DNA of 64,000 bases from Thermoplasmatota archaeon (GTDB taxonomy: Archaea; Thermoplasmatota; Thermoplasmata; UBA10834): positions 71,884 to 135,883 of the forward strand of contig JBFMHR010000004.1 of the NCBI GenBank assembly GCA_040751795.1, given 5' to 3'. The translations under genes were made by a program, and so were the position numbers. The notes below the pieces were generated by a model. It saw only the letters and a list, made by a program, of their open reading frames with translations. It was not told the origin of the DNA and made no database searches. Shown here piece by piece: positions 17,010-25,843 of the stretch; within the stretch, counting starts at the first letter, position 1; each line of letters starts with the position of its first letter.

Positions 17010-17969
17010 ATGCGGCCATCCGGTCTCGACGACATCCCCGACCTGTGGAAGGCGACCTACGACCTCGTGGCCCAGGTGCCGATGGGCAGGGTGACGACGT
17101 ACGGCGAAGTCGCGAGGGCGCTCGGCGACGTCGTGGCGAGCAGGTTCGTCGGGCTGGCGATGAGCATGAACGACGACATCGTCCGGGTCCCCTGCAGGAG
17201 GGTGGTGCAGTCGGACGGCCGGGTCGGCGGGTACACCGGCGGCGGGCCCCGCCGCAAGGCCGCCCTCCTGAGGAAGGAGGGCGTCAGGGTGGAGGGCGGC
17301 GTCGTGCTGGACCTGGCCGACCTGATGTTCACCGACTTCGTCTCCGACCAGCCCCTCAAGGGGCTGAGGCGCCGCCAGGCCAGGCTCAGGGGCCGCGTCG
17401 ACGTGCCCTCGCGCGATATAGATGTCGGGTACGTGGCCGGGGTGGACGTCGCATACGGCGGCGAGCACTCGTACGCGGTCGCAGCCGTGTTCGACTGGGC
17501 GACGGGCGGGATGGTGCGCCACTCGGTCCAGGAGGGGGATGCGTCGTTCCCCTACGTCCCGACCTACCTTGCGTTCAGGGAGCTCCCTCTCGTCCGGCCA
17601 CTGATCGAGGACCTCCCGGAGGGGACGGTCCTCATGTACGACGGCAACGGGCTCCTCCACCCGGAGGGCATGGGGATTGCCACCCATGCGGGCGTGGCCT
17701 TCGGGGTCCCGACGATAGGGGTCGCCAAGAGCTACCTGTGCGGCGAGCGCGGAAGGCGCCTCCGGGGAGGCGTCGTCCCGCTCTCCATGGGCGGGGAGGT
17801 GGTCGGCTACGAGCTCTCGGGAGGCGGGTCCGCCTGGCCCGTCTACGTCTCCGTGGGGAGCGGCATAGGCCCGGGCCAATCCCTCACGGTCGTCAGGCGG
17901 TTCATGCGGCACAGGGTCCCTGAGCCGACGAGGGCCGCCCACATCCTCGCGAACAGGGCCCGTGGGTGA
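17010..17969 (+). CDS. nfi: Bifunctional O6-alkylguanine-DNA alkyltransferase-domain / endonuclease V fusion protein
   Basis: N-terminal MGMT DNA-binding domain with VPCRRVV (PCHR-type active-site Cys); C-terminal EndoV motifs GVDVAY...PYVPTYLAFRELP...HPEGMGIATHAGV...PTIGVAK. Confidence 0.8.
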   Translation: MRPSGLDDIPDLWKATYDLVAQVPMGRVTTYGEVARALGDVVASRFVGLAMSMNDDIVRVPCRRVVQSDGRVGGYTGGGPRRKAALLRKEGVRVEGGVVLDLADLMFTDFVSDQPLKGLRRRQARLRGRVDVPSRDIDVGYVAGVDVAYGGEHSYAVAAVFDWATGGMVRHSVQEGDASFPYVPTYLAFRELPLVRPLIEDLPEGTVLMYDGNGLLHPEGMGIATHAGVAFGVPTIGVAKSYLCGERGRRLRGGVVPLSMGGEVVGYELSGGGSAWPVYVSVGSGIGPGQSLTVVRRFMRHRVPEPTRAAHILANRARG

Positions 17970-18008
17970 GCAAGCCACAAATAACCGCTAGGCCGTCAGC
18001 GTCACCTG

Positions 18009-18911
18009 ATGCGGATAGTGGTCTTCGGGGCAGGCTCCCTCGGCTGTGCCCTGGGCGGGCTCCTCGCGAAGAGGCACGAGGTCGTCCTGATCGGAAGGAA
18101 GGAGAACACGGACGCCGTCAGGGAGAACGGCCTGCGGCTCGAAGGCGAGGTCGAGGCCAGGGTCGGACTGGACGCACGCGAGACGGTCGACGGCCTGTCC
18201 CCGCCGGACCTCGTCGTCCTGACCACAAAGGCCTACCATACGAGGGACGCCGTCGATGTCCTCTCCGCGGCGCCATGGCCTGACGCGCGGGCCATCACGC
18301 TGCAGAACGGCCTCGGGAACCTCGAGGTCCTGCGCGGGTGGAAGGGGGCCAAGGCCTTCGGCGCGACGACGACCATGGGCGCGTCGCTCGTCTCGCCGGG
18401 GAACGTGAGGCTCTCGGGCCTGGGCAGGACGGTGGTCGGGGCCGACCTGGACGAGGACGGGGCCTGGGGGATAGCCGGGGCGTTCTCCGCATGCGGGCTG
18501 AAGGTGGATGTCAGGAGGGACATCGCGGGCGAGATATGGGCGAAGGCGGTTGTGAACTGCTGCATCAACCCGCTGACCGCGGTGCTCCGCGTGCCCAACG
18601 GTAAGCTGCTGGAGAGCGAGCCGGTGTCGCGCCTGATGTCCGACATATGCATTGAGTGCTCCGCCGTCGCTCTGGCCGCGGGCGTCGCCCTTCCCGAGGG
18701 AAGGATGATCGACCGGGTCAGGGCGGTGGCCGAGGACACCGCGGGCAACAGGTCCAGCATGCTCAGGGACGTCGAGCTGGGGAGGAGGACGGAGATAGCG
18801 CAGCTGAACGGCGCGGTCTGCAGGGTGGGCTCCGCCCACGGGATTCCGACGCCGCTGAACAGGGCCGTGGCGGCCATGGTGGAGGCGCTCGAGCCAGCCA
18901 CCGTGCAATGA
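18009..18911 (+). CDS. panE: 2-dehydropantoate 2-reductase (ketopantoate reductase)
   Basis: MRIVVFGAGSLG Rossmann motif at the N-terminus and ApbA/PanE-like C-terminal domain. Confidence 0.75.
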   Translation: MRIVVFGAGSLGCALGGLLAKRHEVVLIGRKENTDAVRENGLRLEGEVEARVGLDARETVDGLSPPDLVVLTTKAYHTRDAVDVLSAAPWPDARAITLQNGLGNLEVLRGWKGAKAFGATTTMGASLVSPGNVRLSGLGRTVVGADLDEDGAWGIAGAFSACGLKVDVRRDIAGEIWAKAVVNCCINPLTAVLRVPNGKLLESEPVSRLMSDICIECSAVALAAGVALPEGRMIDRVRAVAEDTAGNRSSMLRDVELGRRTEIAQLNGAVCRVGSAHGIPTPLNRAVAAMVEALEPATVQ

Positions 18912-18959
18912 GTAAAAAGGTTAATATCGTAACATGATGCTCTTCAGGGCCGTGATAAG

Positions 18960-19598
18960 ATGGTAGATGTGAAGGAGCTGGCAGCCAACGCCAAGGTCCT
19001 CAGGAAGAAGGGCCTGAGCGTCCGCGAGATAGCCGACGAGTTGCACCTCTCGATCGACACGGTCAACTACCTGATAGAGTACGGTGCGGAGGGCCTGCCC
19101 CCATCGGACGTGAAGATCGGCTGGCGGTCGATCGGCGTCTCAGGGTACCGCATAGGGCTGATGTCCGAGCTCATGGCCGACATGGCGCTCGAGGAGCTCT
19201 CGAAGAAGGAGCAGCTCGCCGACGTCGTCATGGGGATATCCATAAACGGGGTCCCGTTCGCGTGCAAGATATCGGAGCTCATGGGCATCGACTTCGGCGT
19301 CTACAGACCTCACTCGGAGTCCGAGACGGGCGGGGCGTTCAGCTCCAACTTCGCCTCCACCGGCGACAAGAAGAAGATCATAATCGTTGACGACGTGCTC
19401 AGCACGGGCGCGACGATCAAGGGCGCCATCCACGACATACGGGAGGCGGGCGGCGAACCGGTCCTGGTGCTCGTGATAGTCAACAAGAGCAGCATGAACG
19501 AGGTCGACGGCGTCCCGCTGAGGGGCCTGATTAGGGCCCGGTCGCTGGGCGGGACGATACTGGGCGGCGCCGTCAAGAAGGGCTTCCCGTACGACTAG
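18960..19598 (+). CDS. gfcR: GfcR-family transcriptional regulator (HTH plus type-I phosphoribosyltransferase domain; orotate-PRTase-like)
   Basis: N-terminal HTH (LSVREIADELHLSIDTVNYLI) and PRTase motif IIIVDDVLSTGATI. Confidence 0.7.
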   Translation: MVDVKELAANAKVLRKKGLSVREIADELHLSIDTVNYLIEYGAEGLPPSDVKIGWRSIGVSGYRIGLMSELMADMALEELSKKEQLADVVMGISINGVPFACKISELMGIDFGVYRPHSESETGGAFSSNFASTGDKKKIIIVDDVLSTGATIKGAIHDIREAGGEPVLVLVIVNKSSMNEVDGVPLRGLIRARSLGGTILGGAVKKGFPYD

Positions 19599-20815
19599 GA
19601 CCTCTTCGCCGACTCCCTGAGCGCCTCGATCACGGGCATTGGCTTCCCGAGCATGAACCGCTCGAGGGCGCCCCCTCCGGTGCTGCAGTAAGAGAACCTG
19701 TCCTTCAGCCCGAGCTTGTTCGCGGCGGCGCTGGAGTGCCCTCCGCCTATGACCGAGAACGCCCCCGACTCGACTATGGCCTGGTAGACGTCCCTCGTCC
19801 CCCTGGAGAACTCCTCCCTCTCGAACACCCCCGGGGGCCCGGAGAGGAAGACGGTCTTGGACGAGCGGATGATCTCGGTGAACCTCCCGATGGTGTCCTC
19901 CCCGATGTCCATCACGGCCGCCCCCTTGGGCATGGAGCCGAGAGGGTACTCCCTCCTCGCCCCGCCCTCGTCGACAGCGCCGTCGGATGGCAGCACGATC
20001 TTGTCCTGGTGCTCGGACCAGAGCCTCCGGGCTAGGTCTGCGGACTCGAGGCCCATGTCCTTCCTTATCATCTCCTCGGTGCCGGAGCCGACGCTCTTCC
20101 CGAGGCACCAGAGGTAGCCGTAGCCGGCCAGCCCTGCGACCAGTATGTGGTCCACGGAGTCCCTCTTGACGAGCGCCTCGATGGCCTGGAGGGCGTCGGA
20201 GAGCTTCTTCCCGCCGAAGATGTAGGTCGACGGGCGCTTGGGCGCCTGGAAGACGTCCGACAGGGTCCTGATCTCCTTCTCCAGCAGCCTCCCGGCCGCC
20301 GAGGGCAGCACCGCGGTGAACCCGACCAGGGATGCGTGCGACCTGTGGGACGAGGCGAATGCGTCGTTGACGAAGAGGTCGAACTTGGGGGCGAGCGACC
20401 TGACCATGTCCGACCTGGCGTGCTCCTCGGGGCTCCTGCTGGCCTGCTCCTCCCCGAAGTACCTCACGTTCTTCATGAGGACGCACTCCCCCTCGGCGAG
20501 GCCGTCGATGGCCTTCAGCGCGTGCCCCCCGAAGATGTCGTCCACGTAGCGGACCTTCCTGCCGAGGTACCTGCTGAGGAAGGCCGCGTGTTCGTTGAGC
20601 GGTATGAAGTCGTAGTCGCCGGGCCGGCCCTGGTGGGCGAGCACGACCAGCTTCCCGCCGCGGTCGACGATCTCCCTGATGGTGGGGACAGACGACAGTA
20701 TCTTGGAGCCGTCCTCCAGGGCGAGGGTCCTCTCGTCCACCGGGGAGTTGATGTCCACCCTGAGGAGCACCCTCTTGCCGCGCAGGTCGAAATCGTCCAG
20801 TGTGTGGAACCCCAT
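19595..20815 (-). CDS. pgk: Phosphoglycerate kinase
   Basis: MGFHTLDDFDLRGKRVLLRVDINSPV... archaeal PGK; start taken at the internal Met because the upstream extension is low-complexity. Confidence 0.9.
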   Translation of the reverse strand: MGFHTLDDFDLRGKRVLLRVDINSPVDERTLALEDGSKILSSVPTIREIVDRGGKLVVLAHQGRPGDYDFIPLNEHAAFLSRYLGRKVRYVDDIFGGHALKAIDGLAEGECVLMKNVRYFGEEQASRSPEEHARSDMVRSLAPKFDLFVNDAFASSHRSHASLVGFTAVLPSAAGRLLEKEIRTLSDVFQAPKRPSTYIFGGKKLSDALQAIEALVKRDSVDHILVAGLAGYGYLWCLGKSVGSGTEEMIRKDMGLESADLARRLWSEHQDKIVLPSDGAVDEGGARREYPLGSMPKGAAVMDIGEDTIGRFTEIIRSSKTVFLSGPPGVFEREEFSRGTRDVYQAIVESGAFSVIGGGHSSAAANKLGLKDRFSYCSTGGGALERFMLGKPMPVIEALRESAKRS

Positions 20816-21150
20816 CCCGCTGCCCCCGTCCAAGCCTCTGCCCGAGTCTCTTCCCCCTTCTCCGCCCGCATGCGCCGGCCTGCGCCGGCGCGAGGACCCG
20901 TCGGAACCGTCCGTCAAGGCCGATGCCCCCGCGCACCGCGCCTGCCCGGCGCCAGGTGCGCGCCCTTACCGTTGTACCGGATTGGACGTTCGATATAAAG
21001 CATTGACGTCGCTATCACTCCTGGGAAGGGGACAGAAAGTATTTTGTCAGAGCATCAGCATTGCTGAGGAAAGATGGGCGCGCACGAGGTTTTTGGCGAT
21101 TTGGCCCGTCCACGGATGTGTTTCGTTTGAAGGCGATTGCGGTAGACAAG

Positions 21151-22281
21151 ATGCTCGTGAAGGACATCATGAGCCCCCCGGCTCTGACGGCCAACAAGGG
21201 AGATACGGTCTCAGAGGTCATCTCGAAGATGAAGAAGAACAACGTCAGGGAGATACCCGTGGTCGAGGGGGGCAAGCCCCTGGGGCTCGTGAGCCACAGG
21301 GTCCTGATCGCCCGGAGGAACGTCCCACTCAGCGCCAAGGTCGAGCACGTGATGATCCCCGCGCCCAGGCTCGAGGAGGACATGAAGGTGCTCGAGGCCG
21401 CGGAGGAGATGCTCTCGTCCGGGGTCAGGGGCGCCCCCGTGGTCAGGAACCACAAGATGGTCGGGTTCGTGTCCAGGACGGACATAGTGAGGATGCTGCC
21501 GAAGGTGGACGAGCTCCGCTCGAAGAAGGTCTCCGAGATCATGAGCAGGAACCCCCACGCCGTGACCAAGGACGAGACCATCAGGAAGGCCCAGGTCATG
21601 ATGACCGGCCTTGACGAGAAGGCGCTCCCGGTGGTCGACAAGGACGAGAGGCTCATCGGCGCGGTCGGTATGACGGAGGTCATGGACGTGATATGGTCGC
21701 CCAAGGCGTCGAAGCCCCCGAACGAGATCATGGGCAGCGGGAGGGACGCCGTCGACGTCAAGGTCGGGGGCATCATGAACGACTCCCCCACCTTCGTCCT
21801 GCCGGACGACACCCTGGAGAAGGCCGTCTCCGTGATGATGGACAAGAAGCTGTCCACCCTCTTCGTGACCTCCGAGGGCAGGCTCGTGGGGGTCGTCTCG
21901 CAGGTCGACCTCATCGAGCAGGCGATCGGCCTCCTCCCGAGGGAGGGCGTCTACGTCCAGATCACGGGCCTCGACGTCGGGGACCCAGAGGTCTACGACG
22001 TCCTCTACGAGCTCATAGGCAAGTCGATGAAGAGGATCGACAGGATCGTGCCCCCGAGGGTCTTCTCCATGCACGTGAGCACGTACCACCACGAGGGCCT
22101 GAAGAGCAAGTACAGCCTGGGGGCCCGGCTCACGACCTCGAAGAGCATGCACTACGTTAAGAGCGTCGACTGGGACCTGTACAAGGCCACCGACGCGCTC
22201 CTCGACATGCTCGAGGCCAACGTCAGGCGGGACCACGAGAAGCAGCTGGACCTGGTCAAGAAGAGGAAGCCGAACCTATAG
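21151..22281 (+). CDS. CBS-domain protein (4 CBS repeats) with an uncharacterised roughly 150-aa C-terminal domain
   Basis: Repeated CBS pairs (VKDIMSPP..., VSEIMSRNP..., VGGIMNDSP...); ATG at 21151. Confidence 0.7.
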   Translation: MLVKDIMSPPALTANKGDTVSEVISKMKKNNVREIPVVEGGKPLGLVSHRVLIARRNVPLSAKVEHVMIPAPRLEEDMKVLEAAEEMLSSGVRGAPVVRNHKMVGFVSRTDIVRMLPKVDELRSKKVSEIMSRNPHAVTKDETIRKAQVMMTGLDEKALPVVDKDERLIGAVGMTEVMDVIWSPKASKPPNEIMGSGRDAVDVKVGGIMNDSPTFVLPDDTLEKAVSVMMDKKLSTLFVTSEGRLVGVVSQVDLIEQAIGLLPREGVYVQITGLDVGDPEVYDVLYELIGKSMKRIDRIVPPRVFSMHVSTYHHEGLKSKYSLGARLTTSKSMHYVKSVDWDLYKATDALLDMLEANVRRDHEKQLDLVKKRKPNL

Positions 22282-23292
22282 GTCCCAGTACTCCGACGCG
22301 TTCCTCATGCACCTCTCGACGGTGCCGCGCCCGAGGCAGCTGTTGTCCACCATGTCGGTGAACTCCAGGGGCACCTCGACCCCCTCCATCGCGCCGACTA
22401 TGCCCGCGACCACCTCCGAGAGGGAGGGGATGTCGTACCCCCCCTCCAGCATGAAGGTCGTCCTCCCCCCGCACGCCCTCCTCCCGAACGAGAGCAGCTG
22501 CCTGGCCTGGCGCACGTGCCCGTCCGAGGAGAGGCTGAGCGACGCGAGCGGGTCCCTGTAGTGGTTGTCGACGCCCATGCTGACCAGGAGCGCGTCCGGC
22601 TTGAACTGCTCCAGTATCGGCTCGACCACGCTCCCGTAGGCGAGGTCGAAGGTGGAGTCGCCGCAGCCGGAGGCCAGGGGCATGTTGAACGTGAACCCCT
22701 GGCCCTCCCCCTTCCCCACGAAGTCGAGGCTCCCCGTGCCCGGGAAGATCCCCGTCTGGTGGGTGGAGATGTAGAGCACGGTGGGGTCGGCCGCGAAGAC
22801 CTGCTCGGTCCCGTTGCCGTGGTGGACGTCCATGTCGACTATCGCTATCCGACGGTCGCCGCCCCTCTGGAGGTGCCTCGCCGCGATGGCTATGTTGTTG
22901 AAGTAGCAGAACCCCATCCCGAAGTTCGGCCCCGAGTGGTGCCCCGGCGGACGGGTCAGGGCGAAGGTAGGCCTCCCGTGCTCCTTCGCGTGGGCGACCG
23001 CGTCTATGGCCGACTCCGCGGAGAGCGCCGCGATGCCGAAGGTCTCGTGGTGGACCCGCGTGTCGAGGGTGAGGTTGCACTCGCCGCAGGTCTCTATGAA
23101 GTCGATGTAGTCCTCCTCGTGGACGAGCCTGAGGTGCTCCTTGCTCCCGGCCCTCGAGGAGCGCACGTCCTTCCAGAGTCCGTGGGCCTTCAGCTTCTGG
23201 ACTATGCCCCTCAGCCTCTCGGGCGACTCCGGGTGGAAGGGGTCCTGGACATGACCGTAGAACTCCTCGTTGAAGAATATGGCCACGTCCAT
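22276..23292 (-). CDS. Histone deacetylase / acetoin-utilisation AcuC family (class I/II HDAC-like)
   Basis: PPGHHS, IVDMDVHHGNGTE and MEGGY-like catalytic motifs. Confidence 0.8.
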   Translation of the reverse strand: MDVAIFFNEEFYGHVQDPFHPESPERLRGIVQKLKAHGLWKDVRSSRAGSKEHLRLVHEEDYIDFIETCGECNLTLDTRVHHETFGIAALSAESAIDAVAHAKEHGRPTFALTRPPGHHSGPNFGMGFCYFNNIAIAARHLQRGGDRRIAIVDMDVHHGNGTEQVFAADPTVLYISTHQTGIFPGTGSLDFVGKGEGQGFTFNMPLASGCGDSTFDLAYGSVVEPILEQFKPDALLVSMGVDNHYRDPLASLSLSSDGHVRQARQLLSFGRRACGGRTTFMLEGGYDIPSLSEVVAGIVGAMEGVEVPLEFTDMVDNSCLGRGTVERCMRNASEYWDL

Positions 23293-23377
23293 CCCTTAAC
23301 CTGGTGTCCGTAGATAAGATTTGTTCCAGACCGCGCGGGCCGGGCCGAAAGTAACATAACGCTCGAGACCCGGTTCA

Positions 23378-23776
23378 GTGGCAGGTGTCCCCTTGAGCAT
23401 CGAGCAGCTGATCCTGCTACTGGTGGCCGTCCTCCTCGTCGCCCTGATATTCTTCGCCAGCTCGGCCCTGGTGGCGAGCGACTGGTCCATCGACGGGCCG
23501 TTCGTGCTCCGCCTGCTCCTAGTGTCCCTCATCGCCGTGCTGGTGATACCATTCGTGAGCGGCGTCGCGCACGACCTCGGGATCGACGAGCTCGGCCTCC
23601 TCTTCGGCTTCGTGATACTCATATTCGTGGTGAGGTACGTGCTGGTGGAGGAGCTCCCGGTCGCGGACGACTGGCTGGCCTCGATAGTGATAACCCTCCT
23701 CGGCGTGGTGCTCATCTTCGCGGTGCAGGAGCTGGCCGACAGGTTCTTCGACACCCGGATGCTGACGGTGTTCTAG
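23378..23776 (+). CDS. Hypothetical integral membrane protein
   Basis: High GC3; 3–4 predicted TM helices; GTG start; no family recognised. Confidence 0.45.
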   Translation: MAGVPLSIEQLILLLVAVLLVALIFFASSALVASDWSIDGPFVLRLLLVSLIAVLVIPFVSGVAHDLGIDELGLLFGFVILIFVVRYVLVEELPVADDWLASIVITLLGVVLIFAVQELADRFFDTRMLTVF

Positions 23777-24858
23777 ATCTCCCTGAACTCCTTCGAGCAC
23801 GGGGTGAGGGTCTGGCAGCCCTTCCTGGTCACCAGGACGTCGTCCTCGATCCGGACCCCGCCGAACCCGGCTATGTACGCCCCCGGCTCGACGGTGAGGA
23901 CCATGCCCTCCCGGAGGGTCATGTCCCTCGCGGGCGATATCCCGCCCGGGTCGTGGACCGACACGCCTATCCCGTGGCCGGTGCTGTGGATGAACCTGCC
24001 GCGGAACCTGCTGCCGTCGATGATCCTCCTTGCCGCGCCGTCCACGTCCTTCCCCTGGACGCCGTCGCGGATCGCGTCTATCGCGGCCATCTGCGCCCTC
24101 AGGACGACGTCGTACATCTCCCTCTGGCGCGCGTTCGCCCTGCCGCAGGTGAAGGTCCTCGTGATGTCCGAGACGTACCTCCTGTAGCTGGCCCCGAAGT
24201 CGAAGAGTGCGAACTGCCCCCTCTTGAGCCTCTTCGCCGCAGGCTGGTAGTGCGGCTCGGCGCTCATCGCCCCGAAGGACGCGTTGGTGACGAAGGCTGG
24301 CCCGGTGGCCCCCAGTCTCATCATCTTGTAGTTGAGCTCCGCCGCGGCCTCGGTCTCGGTCATGCCCTCGGACACCAGCTCCGGGATGGCCTCCCCGGCC
24401 TCGGACGCGATCCTGCAGGCCTTCCTTATGGTGGCGATCTCGTCCGGCTGCTTCACCACCCTGGCGTCCTCCAGGTCGGCCGAGACGTCGACGAGCTTCG
24501 CCCTCCCCGCGGCCTTCTTGACCTTGAGGTAGTTCGAGTGGGTGATCTCGCGCGAGTTGACCCCGACCCTCCGCATCCCCTTGAGCCTGCGCTCCATGAG
24601 CTTGTGCCTGTGCTCCGAGCTGTTGAAGACCGCAGTGCGGGCGCCGGCCTGCCTGGCGCTAAGCTCCTCGAGCTCCGAGCTGAGCACCTCCGTCCTCCTG
24701 GGCTGGATGATGGCGACGCACCCCTCGAACAGGCCGTTCGGGATACCGGTCGCGTAGAAGAAGCTGTTGTCCAGGTTCGGGTCAGTGCCGTTCATGAGCA
24801 CGACGGCGTCCACGTCCGACTTCATGGACGCGAATATGTGTCTCTCCTTGGTGGCCAC
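23773..24858 (-). CDS. M24-family Xaa-Pro aminopeptidase / prolidase
   Basis: Pita-bread fold motifs HSTGHGIGVSVHD and GGVRIEDDVLVT. Confidence 0.8.
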   Translation of the reverse strand: MATKERHIFASMKSDVDAVVLMNGTDPNLDNSFFYATGIPNGLFEGCVAIIQPRRTEVLSSELEELSARQAGARTAVFNSSEHRHKLMERRLKGMRRVGVNSREITHSNYLKVKKAAGRAKLVDVSADLEDARVVKQPDEIATIRKACRIASEAGEAIPELVSEGMTETEAAAELNYKMMRLGATGPAFVTNASFGAMSAEPHYQPAAKRLKRGQFALFDFGASYRRYVSDITRTFTCGRANARQREMYDVVLRAQMAAIDAIRDGVQGKDVDGAARRIIDGSRFRGRFIHSTGHGIGVSVHDPGGISPARDMTLREGMVLTVEPGAYIAGFGGVRIEDDVLVTRKGCQTLTPCSKEFREI

Positions 24859-24907
24859 ATGATCACTGGCCGCGAATGCGTCTCGGCGTATAAAGAGGTT
24901 GACCGGT

Positions 24908-25714
24908 TCAGACGCCGACCCATATGTGGCCCGTGATCTTCCTTATCGCCGATATCGCGGACAGTGCGGCCAGGTAGCTCGTCTTCGGGTTCCTCGGGGA
25001 GGGGACGTTCCTGGTCACGACGTCCAGCTCGCCGAACCTCCCCTTGGCCTTGAGGTTGTGCTCGTTCGTCTTGACCTGGGGGTCGCACACTATCCTTATC
25101 ATCGTCTTCTCGAAGCCTATCCCCGCCAGGGATATGGTCGCGGCGACGTTGATGTTCTGCGGGAAGTGCTTGACCGCCTCCCTGGCGGTGCCGTAGAACA
25201 TCTCGGTCCTGACCCTGATGTCGGAGGCCACGATGCCCTTCGACTCGAGGTACGGGCTGGGCCCGAACGCCGACGGGGGCTTGGTGGTGGTCAGCGTCAC
25301 CTCGTCCATCCCCTCGATGCTGGCCGCGGAGAGGGCGTCCACGCCGCCTATCGCCCCGCTCGGCAGGTAGACCCTGGCGCCCTTCCTCTTCGCCAGCCTG
25401 AATGCGTCGCTCTGGAACTTCTCGTCCTGGAACACGCCCACGCTCATTATGAGGGTGTCGACGCCCGCCGAGAGGGCCAGGGGCGCGTAGTACCTGGCGG
25501 CGTCCTGGCTGGCGGCCTCGACGACGAGCCTTATCTCGGGGAGCACGGGCACGATGTCGGGGACGTACCGGACCTTCTTCGTCTTCTCCTGGAGCCTCGT
25601 GGCGCACTCCTGGGACCGGTCCGTGAGGTAGGTCGTGTCTATGTCCGGCATGTCCTCGACCGCGCGGGCTATCGTCGTGCCTATCGCCCCGCAGCCGATG
25701 ACGCAGATCTTCAC
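24908..25714 (-). CDS. nadX: L-aspartate dehydrogenase
   Basis: MKICVIGCGAIG Rossmann motif at N-terminus; 268 aa with overall NadX-like layout. Confidence 0.7.
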   Translation of the reverse strand: MKICVIGCGAIGTTIARAVEDMPDIDTTYLTDRSQECATRLQEKTKKVRYVPDIVPVLPEIRLVVEAASQDAARYYAPLALSAGVDTLIMSVGVFQDEKFQSDAFRLAKRKGARVYLPSGAIGGVDALSAASIEGMDEVTLTTTKPPSAFGPSPYLESKGIVASDIRVRTEMFYGTAREAVKHFPQNINVAATISLAGIGFEKTMIRIVCDPQVKTNEHNLKAKGRFGELDVVTRNVPSPRNPKTSYLAALSAISAIRKITGHIWVGV

Positions 25715-25843
25715 GCCTGGGCCACAGACGCCTACGATATAAAAGCTTTCACGACCGTCAGGTGAACGCGTGGCGGAGCGGGGCGGACCGGGCCTGATTC
25801 CACCATCATGTTTTATAGCGTCCGAAGTGCTGACACAGGCAGG

